A DNA stretch of 64,000 bases from Patescibacteria group bacterium. Its GTDB lineage: Bacteria; Patescibacteriota; Minisyncoccia; HO2-45-28. This document shows, one piece after another, positions 9,118 to 18,355 of the stretch. Under the pieces are notes generated by a model that was not told the DNA's origin, ran no database searches, and was given only the letters and a program-made list of their open reading frames with translations. The translations under genes were made by a program, and so were the position numbers. How positions within the stretch are numbered: position 1 is the first letter of the stretch; every line of letters begins with the position of its first letter. The stretch covers positions 647 to 64,646 of the forward strand of contig JBBTTU010000004.1 in assembly GCA_038064075.1 (NCBI GenBank), given 5' to 3'.

Positions 9118-10587
9118 ATGCTAAGAGAAGGAAAAATTCAAATAATCAAATATGCTCCGCCTCCGCCGGAATTGCCGGTCTATAAATATGTTGATCCGCG
9201 CGAAACCGTCTTTTTCGGCCGGACCAATTATGTCGCCGGACTTGAAGAGAAAAGATTTATTTTCGGCATTAAAAGAAAAGACCGCCGGCGCCATATGTAT
9301 GTCGTCGGCAAAAGCGGCGTCGGAAAAAGCAAACTATTGGAAATGATGATCCGTCAGGATATCCGCTACGGCCACGGGCTTTGCTTGATTGATCCTCACG
9401 GCGACGTGATTGAGGAGATTTTGAAGTTCATTCCCGAAGAGCGCGCTCGCGATACGGTTATCATTGATCCTTCGGATATTGACTGGCCGGTTTCTTTTAA
9501 TCCTTTGCAAAATATCAATCCCGAACTGAAGCACCAAGTCGCCCAAGGTTTGATTGAAGTGATGGAAAAGCAGTTCGGCGCGAACTGGACGCCTCGTTTG
9601 GAACATGTTTTTCGTTTTACGGTGCTGGCGCTTCTGGATTTTCCGATGGCCACCATGCGCGGAATGATTTCAATGCTGACTGACCGGAGATACCGTCAGA
9701 AAGTCGTGGAGTTCATCGGCGATGAGATGGTCAAACGTTTCTGGGCGATAGAATTTGCCGACTGGTCGGAAAAATTTGACACCGAGGCCATTATTCCTTT
9801 GGTCAACAAGCTCGGCCAGTTTTTATCCAATCCTTATTTGCGCCATATTTTCGGCCAACGCGAAAATAAAATTGATTTGGAACATATAATGAACAGCCGT
9901 AAAATACTCCTGATCAACCTTTCCAAAGGGAAACTGGGCGAAGAAAATTCAAGCTTTTTCGGTTCAATATTCATCACCAAGATCAAGCAGGCCGGAATGG
10001 CCCGGGCGGCCGTGGCCGAGAGCGAACGCAAAGATTTTTATCTTTATGTTGATGAATTTCATAATTTGGTCACAACCACTTTTGAAAATTTATTTTCCGA
10101 AGCCAGAAAGTACGGCCTTAATATGATTGTGGCCCACCAGTATATGGGCCAGCTTTTGCCGCGGGTGCATGATACGGTTTTGGGCAATGTCGGCACCATT
10201 GTCGTTTTCAGGGTCGGAGGAGACGACGCCGCCAAACTGGAGAGCGAAATGACGCCGGTTTTTAAAGCCAAAGACATGATTAATCTCGGCATGCAGGAAT
10301 TCTACGTAAAAATGACCATTGACGGCGACACTTCCGATCCTTTCTCGGCTGAAACGCTCAAAGTCTTGCCAACGGCGCACCAATCGTTTAAAGAAGAAAT
10401 TATTGATTTTTGCCGCAAAAATTACGCCGCTCAAGCCCAAGAAGTGAAACGAAAAATTACTGAAGAGGAAACCGAACTTTTGGGCCTTGCTCCCGAAGAA
10501 GAAAAAAAAGAAGAAGCGTCTTCGGCGGTTTCTCAAGCGCCCGGCGAAAAATCGGAAAATTCTCAAAACTCCGAACCTCTTGTCTGA
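9118..10587 (+). CDS. VirD4/TraG/TraD-like (DUF87/HerA-FtsK) ATPase 1
   Basis: Walker A GKSGVGKS, IDPHGD, Walker B LYVDEFHN, SEARKYGL...AHQY. The ATG at 9118 is preferred over the TTG at 9046. Confidence 0.88.
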   Translation: MLREGKIQIIKYAPPPPELPVYKYVDPRETVFFGRTNYVAGLEEKRFIFGIKRKDRRRHMYVVGKSGVGKSKLLEMMIRQDIRYGHGLCLIDPHGDVIEEILKFIPEERARDTVIIDPSDIDWPVSFNPLQNINPELKHQVAQGLIEVMEKQFGANWTPRLEHVFRFTVLALLDFPMATMRGMISMLTDRRYRQKVVEFIGDEMVKRFWAIEFADWSEKFDTEAIIPLVNKLGQFLSNPYLRHIFGQRENKIDLEHIMNSRKILLINLSKGKLGEENSSFFGSIFITKIKQAGMARAAVAESERKDFYLYVDEFHNLVTTTFENLFSEARKYGLNMIVAHQYMGQLLPRVHDTVLGNVGTIVVFRVGGDDAAKLESEMTPVFKAKDMINLGMQEFYVKMTIDGDTSDPFSAETLKVLPTAHQSFKEEIIDFCRKNYAAQAQEVKRKITEEETELLGLAPEEEKKEEASSAVSQAPGEKSENSQNSEPLV

Positions 10588-10620
10588 AATAAAATTTGCA
10601 GACATAATTTAAATAATCCC

Positions 10621-12564
10621 ATGGCCATTCAAAAAGAAAGAGTTTATTTTGCCAGAACAAATTTTAGAGGTCAGAATAAAATTTTCGGCATTAAATTGCC
10701 GGATCGCCGGCAGCATATGTATGTTGTCGGGAAAACCGGCACCGGCAAAACCAACCTGATCAAAAATATAGCCATTCAGGATATAAACTCCGGCCGGGGC
10801 CTCTGCGTTGTTGATCCTCACGGCGAGCTAGTTGAAGAACTTTTGGAAAAAATTCCGAAAGAACGCTCCAAAGACGTGATTTATTTCAATCCGGCCGACT
10901 CGGAACATCCTCTGGGTTTCAACGTCTTGGAAGTTCCCGATAAAAAATACAAGCATTTGATTGCGCAGGGCCTGATCGGAATTTTTACCAAAATCTGGGC
11001 CAATGTCTGGTCGGCCCGGATGGAGTATATTTTAAATAACTGCATTTTGGCCTTGATTGAAACGCCGGGCACCACGCTCTTGGGCATTCAGCGCATTTTG
11101 ACCGACAAAGATTACCGCCAGCGGATTTTAGCCAATGTAACCGACCCGGTCGTGCGCGCTTTTTGGATGAATGAATATGAAGTCTGGCAGGATCGCTTCC
11201 GCAACGAAGCCATTGTTCCGATTCAAAATAAAGTCGGCCAGTTCGTCGCGACATCTTTGATCCGAAACATTGTCGGCCAGGCCAAATCAAGCTTTGAAGT
11301 TTTTGAGTTGATGAACGAGGGCAAAATTCTTCTGGTCAATATTTCCAAAGGCCGGATTGGCGAGGAAAATTCAATGCTTTTGGGAGCCATGCTTATCACT
11401 AAAATTCAGCTGGCGGCCATGGAACGGGTCCGCATCCCCGAAAATGAAAGGCGCGATTTTTATCTTTATGTTGACGAGTTCCAGAATTTCGCCACCGAAT
11501 CGTTTGCTTCCATTCTTTCCGAAGCCAGAAAATACCGGCTTAATCTGATTATTTCGCATCAATACACCGGCCAGCTGATTAGCCAGACGACAACGACGAT
11601 CCGCGACGCCGTTTTCGGCAATGTCGGCACGATGATTTTTTTCAGAGTCGGAGCGACCGACGCCGAGTTTCTGGAAAAAGAAATCACGCCCGAATTCGTC
11701 ATAGACGACCTCGTCAATCTGCCCAATTACAATATTTATCTCAAATTAATGGTTGACGGCATATCAACCCGGCCTTTTTCGGCCGTTACCATACCGCCTT
11801 TGGCCACGACCGCCGATATGGCCGATCCGAAAATTATCGTTGATAATTCCCGAAAGCAATATGCCCGATCGGCAAACAAGGTTGAAGGAGATATCAAGCG
11901 CTGGAGTTCTTCTTTGCCGGGAACGACTGAAGCCGAAGAAGAATTTTTCACCGAAGGCGGATCCGCCTATGGCGGAAAAGTTAAAACCGGCGACAAATTT
12001 GAAAGTCCGTGCTGGATTTGCAAAAAAACCGCGTCAGTTCCTTTCAAGCCCGACGGCCAAAGGCCGGTCTATTGCTCGGAGTGTTTGAAAAAGATTGAAG
12101 CCGGCCAACTGCGGCCTTTGCGTCCGCTGCCGACGGCCGGAAAAGAGCGCGAAGAATTCGGCGGAGAACTCGGTGAATTGGGCATTGAGTTTAATTTGCC
12201 TCAAAATAAGGTAAAGACATTCTCAAAGCCGGGCTTCAAAGCTCCGCATCCGGAATTTTCGCCGAAAGCCCGGCCCGCGCCCGGAAAAATTATGCCGAAT
12301 ATCAGAGAGGGCGAATTGGTGGTCAAGGATGTTAAGCCAAAACGCGCGCTTTCTTTGCAAGATTTGAAGCCGCGGGCAGAAAAATCAAAACCAAAAGAAT
12401 CTAATTTGGATGAATTGCGCCGGGTTCTGAAAGAATCGCTTGCCAAAGAAGAAAAACCGATGGCCGAAACTCAAAAAAATCAGAATGCGGCGCCGTCTTC
12501 ACAAAAGGAGCCGTCTTCCAAATCAGGCGTGCTTAAACCCGGCGAGTCAATAAAATTTGAATAA
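10621..12564 (+). CDS. VirD4/TraG-like ATPase 2 with a C-terminal CxxC-x17-CxxC zinc ribbon and charged tail
   Basis: GKTGTGKT, VDPHGE, LYVDEFQN and SEARKYRL motifs; CWIC...VPFKPDGQRPVYCSEC. Confidence 0.88.
   Translation: MAIQKERVYFARTNFRGQNKIFGIKLPDRRQHMYVVGKTGTGKTNLIKNIAIQDINSGRGLCVVDPHGELVEELLEKIPKERSKDVIYFNPADSEHPLGFNVLEVPDKKYKHLIAQGLIGIFTKIWANVWSARMEYILNNCILALIETPGTTLLGIQRILTDKDYRQRILANVTDPVVRAFWMNEYEVWQDRFRNEAIVPIQNKVGQFVATSLIRNIVGQAKSSFEVFELMNEGKILLVNISKGRIGEENSMLLGAMLITKIQLAAMERVRIPENERRDFYLYVDEFQNFATESFASILSEARKYRLNLIISHQYTGQLISQTTTTIRDAVFGNVGTMIFFRVGATDAEFLEKEITPEFVIDDLVNLPNYNIYLKLMVDGISTRPFSAVTIPPLATTADMADPKIIVDNSRKQYARSANKVEGDIKRWSSSLPGTTEAEEEFFTEGGSAYGGKVKTGDKFESPCWICKKTASVPFKPDGQRPVYCSECLKKIEAGQLRPLRPLPTAGKEREEFGGELGELGIEFNLPQNKVKTFSKPGFKAPHPEFSPKARPAPGKIMPNIREGELVVKDVKPKRALSLQDLKPRAEKSKPKESNLDELRRVLKESLAKEEKPMAETQKNQNAAPSSQKEPSSKSGVLKPGESIKFE
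11947..11976. repeat. Tandem 15-bp palindromic units (TCCGCC-N3-GGCGGA), in frame in the ATPase 2 linker
   Basis: ttcaccgaaggcgga followed by tccgcctatggcgga; translates as FTEGGSAYGG. Confidence 0.65.
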
Positions 12565-13706
12565 AGCTCAAATGTTTTTTGGAGTTGTTTTTCTTTTGAA
12601 AATTCTTTAAGCACTTTTTGGCGCAAGTTTTGAGCAAGTATCCGGCCTAACTCCGGATCTTTTTTTAATCTTAAAACTGCTTCAGTCAGTTTTTGGGGAT
12701 CGGCCGGCGGTATTAAAAGTCCGGTTTTTCCGTCTTCTATGATTTCAGGGATTCCGCCGACAGAGCTGGCAATAACCGGGATTCCGGCCAGACCCGCTTC
12801 AAGCACCGCGTAGGGCAGTCCTTCTTTCAGCGACGGAAACACGAATACGTCAAAAGCTTTGAGATAAGCCGCCGCCGGAAAAAGATCTCTTACTAAAATC
12901 ACGTGTCGGCCGGTTTTTTCATTTTCAATTTGTCGGCGAGTTTTTTGCCAGCCGCTGCCCCAAGCCGCGATTACGGTTTTTATTTTTTCGTCTTTTTTAG
13001 CCAAGACGCCGGCGGCCGGTACCAGATATTCGTAGCCTTTATTTTTGACAAATTCGCCGACGGTGCCGACAATAAAATCATCGGTTTCAAACCGCGCATT
13101 CGGCATTTTTTTCCGGATTTCGTTTTTAGCAAGAAACAAGATTTCGTTTTCGGAGATTCCGTTATGGATGGTCAATAATTTTTCAGGCCGGGCCAGTCCG
13201 GTTTGGACGGCAATTTGGCGGTCAAAGTTTGAAACGCAGATGACTTGATCGTAAAACCATAAAGTTATTTTGGAAAGAATCCGGATGAAGAAAATTTGCC
13301 AGCGCGGCCTATCTTCCAGAAAACTCCAGCCGTGGACCGTAAATATTGTCCGCAGTTTTTTTCGGGAAAGCATTTTATAAATAAACGCGGCCGGGCCGGC
13401 AATGCCGGCGGCTTGGGGGCTTGAAGAATGAAGAATATCGGGACGGAAAGAAAAAAGAATTTTAAGCGTTTTTAAAAAAACCGCAAATGCCCCCAAAGGC
13501 CCCATTTCGCGCTTAAGTCCGCCAAGCGAAATAAAAGGTATTGACGCTTCTTGCAGGCGGCCGGCCAGAGGTCCGCGGCCGCCACCGGCCACCGCGGCGT
13601 CGTATCCCTTCTTTTGGGCGCAAGCGGCGAGGTCATAGACATGTTTTCCGGCTCCTCCCCAGACCGACTTGGTGATAAGGTATAAAATTTTAGCGCGATT
13701 GACCAT
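12480..13706 (-). CDS. Glycosyltransferase family 4
   Basis: WGGAGKHV; PSLKEGLPYAVLEAGLAGIPVIASSVGGIPEII (EX7E). Confidence 0.92.
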   Translation of the reverse strand: MVNRAKILYLITKSVWGGAGKHVYDLAACAQKKGYDAAVAGGGRGPLAGRLQEASIPFISLGGLKREMGPLGAFAVFLKTLKILFSFRPDILHSSSPQAAGIAGPAAFIYKMLSRKKLRTIFTVHGWSFLEDRPRWQIFFIRILSKITLWFYDQVICVSNFDRQIAVQTGLARPEKLLTIHNGISENEILFLAKNEIRKKMPNARFETDDFIVGTVGEFVKNKGYEYLVPAAGVLAKKDEKIKTVIAAWGSGWQKTRRQIENEKTGRHVILVRDLFPAAAYLKAFDVFVFPSLKEGLPYAVLEAGLAGIPVIASSVGGIPEIIEDGKTGLLIPPADPQKLTEAVLRLKKDPELGRILAQNLRQKVLKEFSKEKQLQKTFELYSNFIDSPGLSTPDLEDGSFCEDGAAF

Positions 13707-13754
13707 AAGTAAATTTTATTACATAATAGTGAGAAATTGCTTAAATTTCAACAA

Positions 13755-14927
13755 ATGAATGAACTTGCCCCAAAGCCAAAGATTTTTATTTTTTCAACGG
13801 CCTATTTGCCGATGATCGGCGGCGCGGAGCTGGCAATTAAAGAAATAACTGATCGCCTCGCCGATGATTTTGATTTTGTTTTGCTTACGACGAGACTAAA
13901 GCGTTCGCTCCCCAAATGCGAGCGAATTGGCAGAGTCCAGATCAGGCGTTTTGGCTCGGGGCTGCTGCCGTATTTGGACAAAGCGCTTTCTCCGTTTTTG
14001 GCCGCTTATTTTGTTTATAAATTTATGAAAAAACATCCGGTGCATCTTTTTTGGAGCATGATGGTGACCTTTACCAGCGGCGCGCCGTTTATCTTGAAGT
14101 TTTTGGGGCTGGATAAAAATGTGCCGATACTCCTTAGCTTGCAGGAAGGCGATACTGAAGATCATCTGCGATCAGCTAATTTGGGTTTGACTGGCCTGGC
14201 TTGGAAATTGGCCGCGCCGCGCGCGACTAAAGTCCAGACAATCAGTTTTTATCTGAAAAAACTTGCGGTTAAATTCGGCGTGAATCTCGCGGAAACCGAA
14301 GTTGTTCCCAACGGGGTTGATCTTGAAAATTTTTCGCGCCGTTTGCAGCCGGATCGCGTCAAAGAACTTCGCATCCGTCTTGGCCTTCCGACCGGAAAGC
14401 CGATTATAATTACTGCTTCGCGCCTTGTCCGCAAAAACGGGATTGATATTTTGATTAAGTCCCTGGCCGATATTCCGGAAGCCCGTCTTTTAATCGCCGG
14501 CGCCGGCCCTCAAGAAAAAGAACTGCGGAATCTTGCCCGAAAATTAAAAAAAGAAAAAATGATCCATTGGTTGGGAAGCGTCAATCACAAGAAGCTGGCC
14601 GAATTTTTGGCAATTTCCCATGTTTTTGCCAGACCCTCGCGCTCCGAAGGGCTGGGTTCGGCTTTTTTGGAAGCAATGGCTTCGGGTTTGGCGGTGGTGG
14701 CAACCAATGTCGGCGGCATTCCGGATTTTTTAATCCATCAAAAAACCGGCCTTTTTTGCAAGACGGAAGATCCGGAGGATCTTGCTTTTCAGATCAGGCT
14801 TTTACTCTATAATCGCGAGCTTCGCGAAAACATCGCTTCGGCCGGTCAAAAATTGGTTTTTCAAAATTATTCCTGGGATAAAGTCGCGGGATCAATGCGC
14901 CAGATTTTTCTCCGCCTTTTAAAATGA
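13755..14927 (+). CDS. Glycosyltransferase family 4
   Basis: AYLPMIGGAE; PSRSEGLGSAFLEAMASGLAVVATNVGGIPD. Confidence 0.92.
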   Translation: MNELAPKPKIFIFSTAYLPMIGGAELAIKEITDRLADDFDFVLLTTRLKRSLPKCERIGRVQIRRFGSGLLPYLDKALSPFLAAYFVYKFMKKHPVHLFWSMMVTFTSGAPFILKFLGLDKNVPILLSLQEGDTEDHLRSANLGLTGLAWKLAAPRATKVQTISFYLKKLAVKFGVNLAETEVVPNGVDLENFSRRLQPDRVKELRIRLGLPTGKPIIITASRLVRKNGIDILIKSLADIPEARLLIAGAGPQEKELRNLARKLKKEKMIHWLGSVNHKKLAEFLAISHVFARPSRSEGLGSAFLEAMASGLAVVATNVGGIPDFLIHQKTGLFCKTEDPEDLAFQIRLLLYNRELRENIASAGQKLVFQNYSWDKVAGSMRQIFLRLLK

Positions 14928-14928
14928 A

Positions 14929-15036
14929 CCCCGTTAGAAGTTCAACCGAGGTTAGTATTATCACTTTTTTAGAAAGCGAATTCGTTCTCGCAATGTTATT
15001 ACCGACAATTATTTTATATGAAAACTTCTAACGGGA
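14929..15036. mobile_element. Miniature inverted-repeat element (108 bp) with TGAA target duplication
   Basis: CCCGTTAGAAGTT (14930-14942) and AACTTCTAACGGG (15023-15035) form a perfect 13-bp IR; TGAA flanks both ends (14925-14928 and 15037-15040). Confidence 0.75.
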
Positions 15037-16163
15037 TGAAAATTTTAATTGCCACCCCTCTTTTTCCGCCGGATATAGGAGGACCGGCTACTTACAGCAA
15101 GGCGCTTTCGGAAGAATTGTCCAAGCGCGGGATAAGCGTTGATGTTCTGTCTTTCGGGGTTGTTCGCGGATTGCCCAAAATTATTCGCCATTTGGCCTAT
15201 TTCTGGAAAGTTTTTTGGAAGAGCCGGAAAGCCGATTTAATTTTCTCCCAGGATCCGGCATCAGTCGGTTTTCCTGCTTGCCTTGCCGCGCTGCTTTTAA
15301 GGAAGCGTTTCGCGCTGAAAATTGTGGGAGATTACGCTTGGGAGCAGGGAATGAATCGTTTTGGAGTCAAGGATTTGCTTGATAATTTTTTGGAAAAAAA
15401 ATACGGCCGGCCGGTTGAATTTTTGCGCCGGATTGAAAAATTTGTCGCAATCAGGGCCGATATTATTATTGTTCCCAGCCGCTATTTAAAAAGCGTTGTT
15501 GAAAAATGGGGCGTTGATTCTAAAAAAATAAATGTAATTTATAACGCGGTTCATATTCCGGAAATTTTTCAGAGTAAAGAGGAAATAAGAAAAAATCTCG
15601 GACTTTCCGGAAAAATTTTGGTGAGTATCGGCCGGCTTGTTCCGTGGAAAGGATTTGGAATGTTGATTGAACTTATGCCTGAAATCTCAAAAAAATATCC
15701 GGCCGCTAAACTGCTGATCATCGGTTCGGGGCCCGAAGAGGATGAGCTAAAAGCTATAAGCTATAAGCCTTCGTCCCGAACTCAGGCCGAGGGGTTAAAA
15801 GCTGGCGTAAAATTTTTAGGCGGTTTATCTCATGAACTGGTTTTGAAATATTTGAAAGCCGCCGACATTTTTTTGCTTAATACCGGCTATGAGGGTTTTT
15901 CGCACCAAATTTTGGAAGCCATGGCTTCGGGCGCGCCGGTTATAAGCACGCCGGCAGGAGGCAACAGAGAAATTCTGGAAGACCGCAAAAATACGTTGGT
16001 CGCCGCATATAATGACAGGAACGTTTGGCTCCGAGCCATTTTAGAACTTTTGAGCGATCAGAATCTGGCCCAAAATTTATCCAAAAACGCCCGCCAAGGT
16101 GTTTTAAAATTCGCCGGTCAAAATATGATTGAAGAAACAATTAAAATTTTGCAGTCGTTATGA
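15036..16163 (+). CDS. Glycosyltransferase family 4
   Basis: MKILIATPLFPPDIGGPATY; NTGYEGFSHQILEAMASGAPVI. Confidence 0.92.
   Translation: MKILIATPLFPPDIGGPATYSKALSEELSKRGISVDVLSFGVVRGLPKIIRHLAYFWKVFWKSRKADLIFSQDPASVGFPACLAALLLRKRFALKIVGDYAWEQGMNRFGVKDLLDNFLEKKYGRPVEFLRRIEKFVAIRADIIIVPSRYLKSVVEKWGVDSKKINVIYNAVHIPEIFQSKEEIRKNLGLSGKILVSIGRLVPWKGFGMLIELMPEISKKYPAAKLLIIGSGPEEDELKAISYKPSSRTQAEGLKAGVKFLGGLSHELVLKYLKAADIFLLNTGYEGFSHQILEAMASGAPVISTPAGGNREILEDRKNTLVAAYNDRNVWLRAILELLSDQNLAQNLSKNARQGVLKFAGQNMIEETIKILQSL
15746..15803. repeat. 7-bp-period repeat (GCTAWAA) interrupted by a GC-rich imperfect hairpin
   Basis: gctaaaa gctataa gctataa g-[ccttcgtcccgaactcaggccgaggg]-gttaaaa gct; translates as LKAISYKPSSRTQAEGLKA. 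Confidence 0.65.
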
Positions 16164-17269
16164 AAATCCTAATGTTTTCGGCCGATCCGATGATTTTAGA
16201 TGCCCGGTCAGCAGCGGCCAAAAGAATGATTGAGTATGGAAAAAGAATTGAAAAACTTGATATTTTGGTTTTAACTTCTCATTTGGACGCCGGACTTAAA
16301 AATGAGATTGAATTGGCAGAAAATGCCAGAATATATGCTTTAACCGGCAAATTTTCGCGTTTTTTTAAGGCATTTTTTAAGGCTCGGAGCTTGCTGAAGC
16401 GGATCAAATACGATTTACTCGTGGCGCAGGATGTTGAGCATGCTTTTCTTTGCTGGCTTTTGTCACTTCGTTTCAAAACGGCGTGGCAGATGCAGATTCA
16501 CGCCGATATTTTCAGTCTGTATTTCGCGAGGCACTCATTTTTTAACAAAATGCGAATATGGTTTGCTAAATTTTTAATCCCGCGGGCTTCTTGCATACGT
16601 GTTGTATCGCAACGTATAAAAAAATCAATTCTAAAAGCTCAGAGTTTACAGCTAAAAGCTAATATCGAAGTTTTGCCTATTTTAGCTTCGCCAATAAACA
16701 CAGATGCTCAGCCAAAGCGTTTTCCTGAATTTGATAAAAATATTTTAATGGTTTCGCGTCTGACCAGTGAAAAAAATATCGGGCTTGCGATTGACGCTAT
16801 GGCCGAAGTTGTAAAAAAGCATCCTAAAACCGGTTTGGTTATTGTCGGCGACGGACCGGAGTTTAAAAATATCAAAAATCAAATATCAAATCTCAAAATT
16901 GATGAAAATGTGCGGTTGGAAGGTTGGCGGGAAAATATTGCTTCATACTACAAAGGCTCGGATATTTTTATTTTGACGAGTTGGTACGAGGGTTGGGGCA
17001 TGAGCGCGGTTGAGGCGATGCGTTATGGCGCGGCTGTCGTTATGACCGATGTCGGTTTGGCTGGAGAGTTGATTGAAGATGGAAAAAGCGGTTTGATCGT
17101 GCCGGTGGGCGATAAAAACGCGCTTGCCGCCGCAATATTAAGGCTTTTGGAAAATGATAGTTTCCGCCGAGATTTGATTGAAGAAGCGGCAAAAAAAACC
17201 GGAGAATTGTTTTCGGTTGAAGAATATTACCAAAAAATTATTGATAGTTGGAGCAGGTGCGTCGGCTAA
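16160..17269 (+). CDS. Glycosyltransferase family 4
   Basis: VSRLTSEKNI; TSWYEGWGMSAVEAMRYG. Confidence 0.92.
   Translation: MKILMFSADPMILDARSAAAKRMIEYGKRIEKLDILVLTSHLDAGLKNEIELAENARIYALTGKFSRFFKAFFKARSLLKRIKYDLLVAQDVEHAFLCWLLSLRFKTAWQMQIHADIFSLYFARHSFFNKMRIWFAKFLIPRASCIRVVSQRIKKSILKAQSLQLKANIEVLPILASPINTDAQPKRFPEFDKNILMVSRLTSEKNIGLAIDAMAEVVKKHPKTGLVIVGDGPEFKNIKNQISNLKIDENVRLEGWRENIASYYKGSDIFILTSWYEGWGMSAVEAMRYGAAVVMTDVGLAGELIEDGKSGLIVPVGDKNALAAAILRLLENDSFRRDLIEEAAKKTGELFSVEEYYQKIIDSWSRCVG
16867..16901. repeat. 7-bp-period repeat (AAATATC-like, 5 units) within a CDS
   Basis: aaatatc aaaaatc aaatatc aaatctc aaaattg. Confidence 0.6.
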
Positions 17270-17317
17270 AACCCTTAATTTAAGCTATTTTTGTCAGCAG
17301 AGTTTACAATTATATTC

Positions 17318-18343
17318 ATGAATTTATTAATTATTACCCAAAAAGTTGATAGAAATGACCCGATTCTGGGGTTTTTTCACCGCTGGCTTGAAGAGTTTGC
17401 CAAAAACGCCGAAAAATTGACTGTAATTTGCCTTGAAAAAGGCGAATATAACTTACCTGAAAATGTTAATATTTTATCGCTTGGCAAAGAAAACGGAAAA
17501 TCGCGCATAAAATATTTGCGGCGATTTTATAAATATATTTGGAGAGAAAGAAACAATTACAACGCTGTTTTTGCGCACATGAATCCGGAATACATTATTT
17601 TAGGCGGATTGGTTTGGAAAATCATGGGCAAAAAAATCGCGTTTTGGTATGTGCATAAAGCCGTGAATCTGAAATTGAAAATTGCCGAAAAACTGGCTGA
17701 CAAAATTTTCACGGCATCGCGCGAAAGCTTCAGATTGCCCTCAAAAAAAGTTCAAATAACAGGACACGGAATAGATATAGATAAATTTTCAATTTTCAAT
17801 TTTCAATTTTCAAAAAAAATTCGTATTGTTACGGCCGGCAGGATCGCGCCGGTTAAAAATCTGGATATTTTGATTGAAGCCGCTGAAATTTTAAAGAATA
17901 AAGGAGTTGATTTTCAAATTAAAATCGCGGGAAGCCCGATTATTGAGGCCGATAAAATTTATTTCGAAAAATTAAAATCAGAGATTCGACAAAAAAATCT
18001 GGAAAACTTTGTTTTTTTTGCCGGCCCGATTCCATATTCCCAAATTCAGGATTTTTACCGTTCCGGCGACATTTTCGTCAATTTGAGCGAAACCGGAAGC
18101 GTTGACAAAGCGGTGCTTGAAGCCATGGCCTGCGGCCTTTCAATCGCGACTTCCAATCAGGCTTTTAAAAATATTCTGCCTCATAAATATTTTTTGGAAG
18201 AAAAAAACCCCGAAGCGCTTGCGCAAAAACTGAGTGAGTTGTCAGCCGAAAAACGTCCTGATTTTAAGCTGCGTGAAATTGCGCTGAAAGAACACAGCTT
18301 GCAAAGTTTGATTCCAAAGATAATCAAAGAACTTGAAAGCTGA
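17318..18343 (+). CDS. Glycosyltransferase family 4
   Basis: MNLLIITQKVD; AGRIAPVKN; SETGSVDKAVLEAMACG. Confidence 0.9.
   Translation: MNLLIITQKVDRNDPILGFFHRWLEEFAKNAEKLTVICLEKGEYNLPENVNILSLGKENGKSRIKYLRRFYKYIWRERNNYNAVFAHMNPEYIILGGLVWKIMGKKIAFWYVHKAVNLKLKIAEKLADKIFTASRESFRLPSKKVQITGHGIDIDKFSIFNFQFSKKIRIVTAGRIAPVKNLDILIEAAEILKNKGVDFQIKIAGSPIIEADKIYFEKLKSEIRQKNLENFVFFAGPIPYSQIQDFYRSGDIFVNLSETGSVDKAVLEAMACGLSIATSNQAFKNILPHKYFLEEKNPEALAQKLSELSAEKRPDFKLREIALKEHSLQSLIPKIIKELES
17784..17811. repeat. Perfect (AATTTTC)4 tandem repeat within a CDS
   Basis: aattttc x4, encoding KFSIFNFQFS. Confidence 0.85.
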
Positions 18344-18349
18344 TATAAT
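18341..18349 (+). promoter_or_regulatory. Extended -10 promoter (TGATATAAT), 6 nt before the ATG at 18356
   Basis: Perfect match to TGnTATAAT. Confidence 0.55.
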
Positions 18350-18355
18350 AAATAT

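Noticed and set aside
861-12564. ICE or prophage interpretation (excisionase-like HTH plus coupling proteins)
   Set aside because: No integrase, relaxase, att site or phage gene was seen, and murJ and tsaC lie in between.
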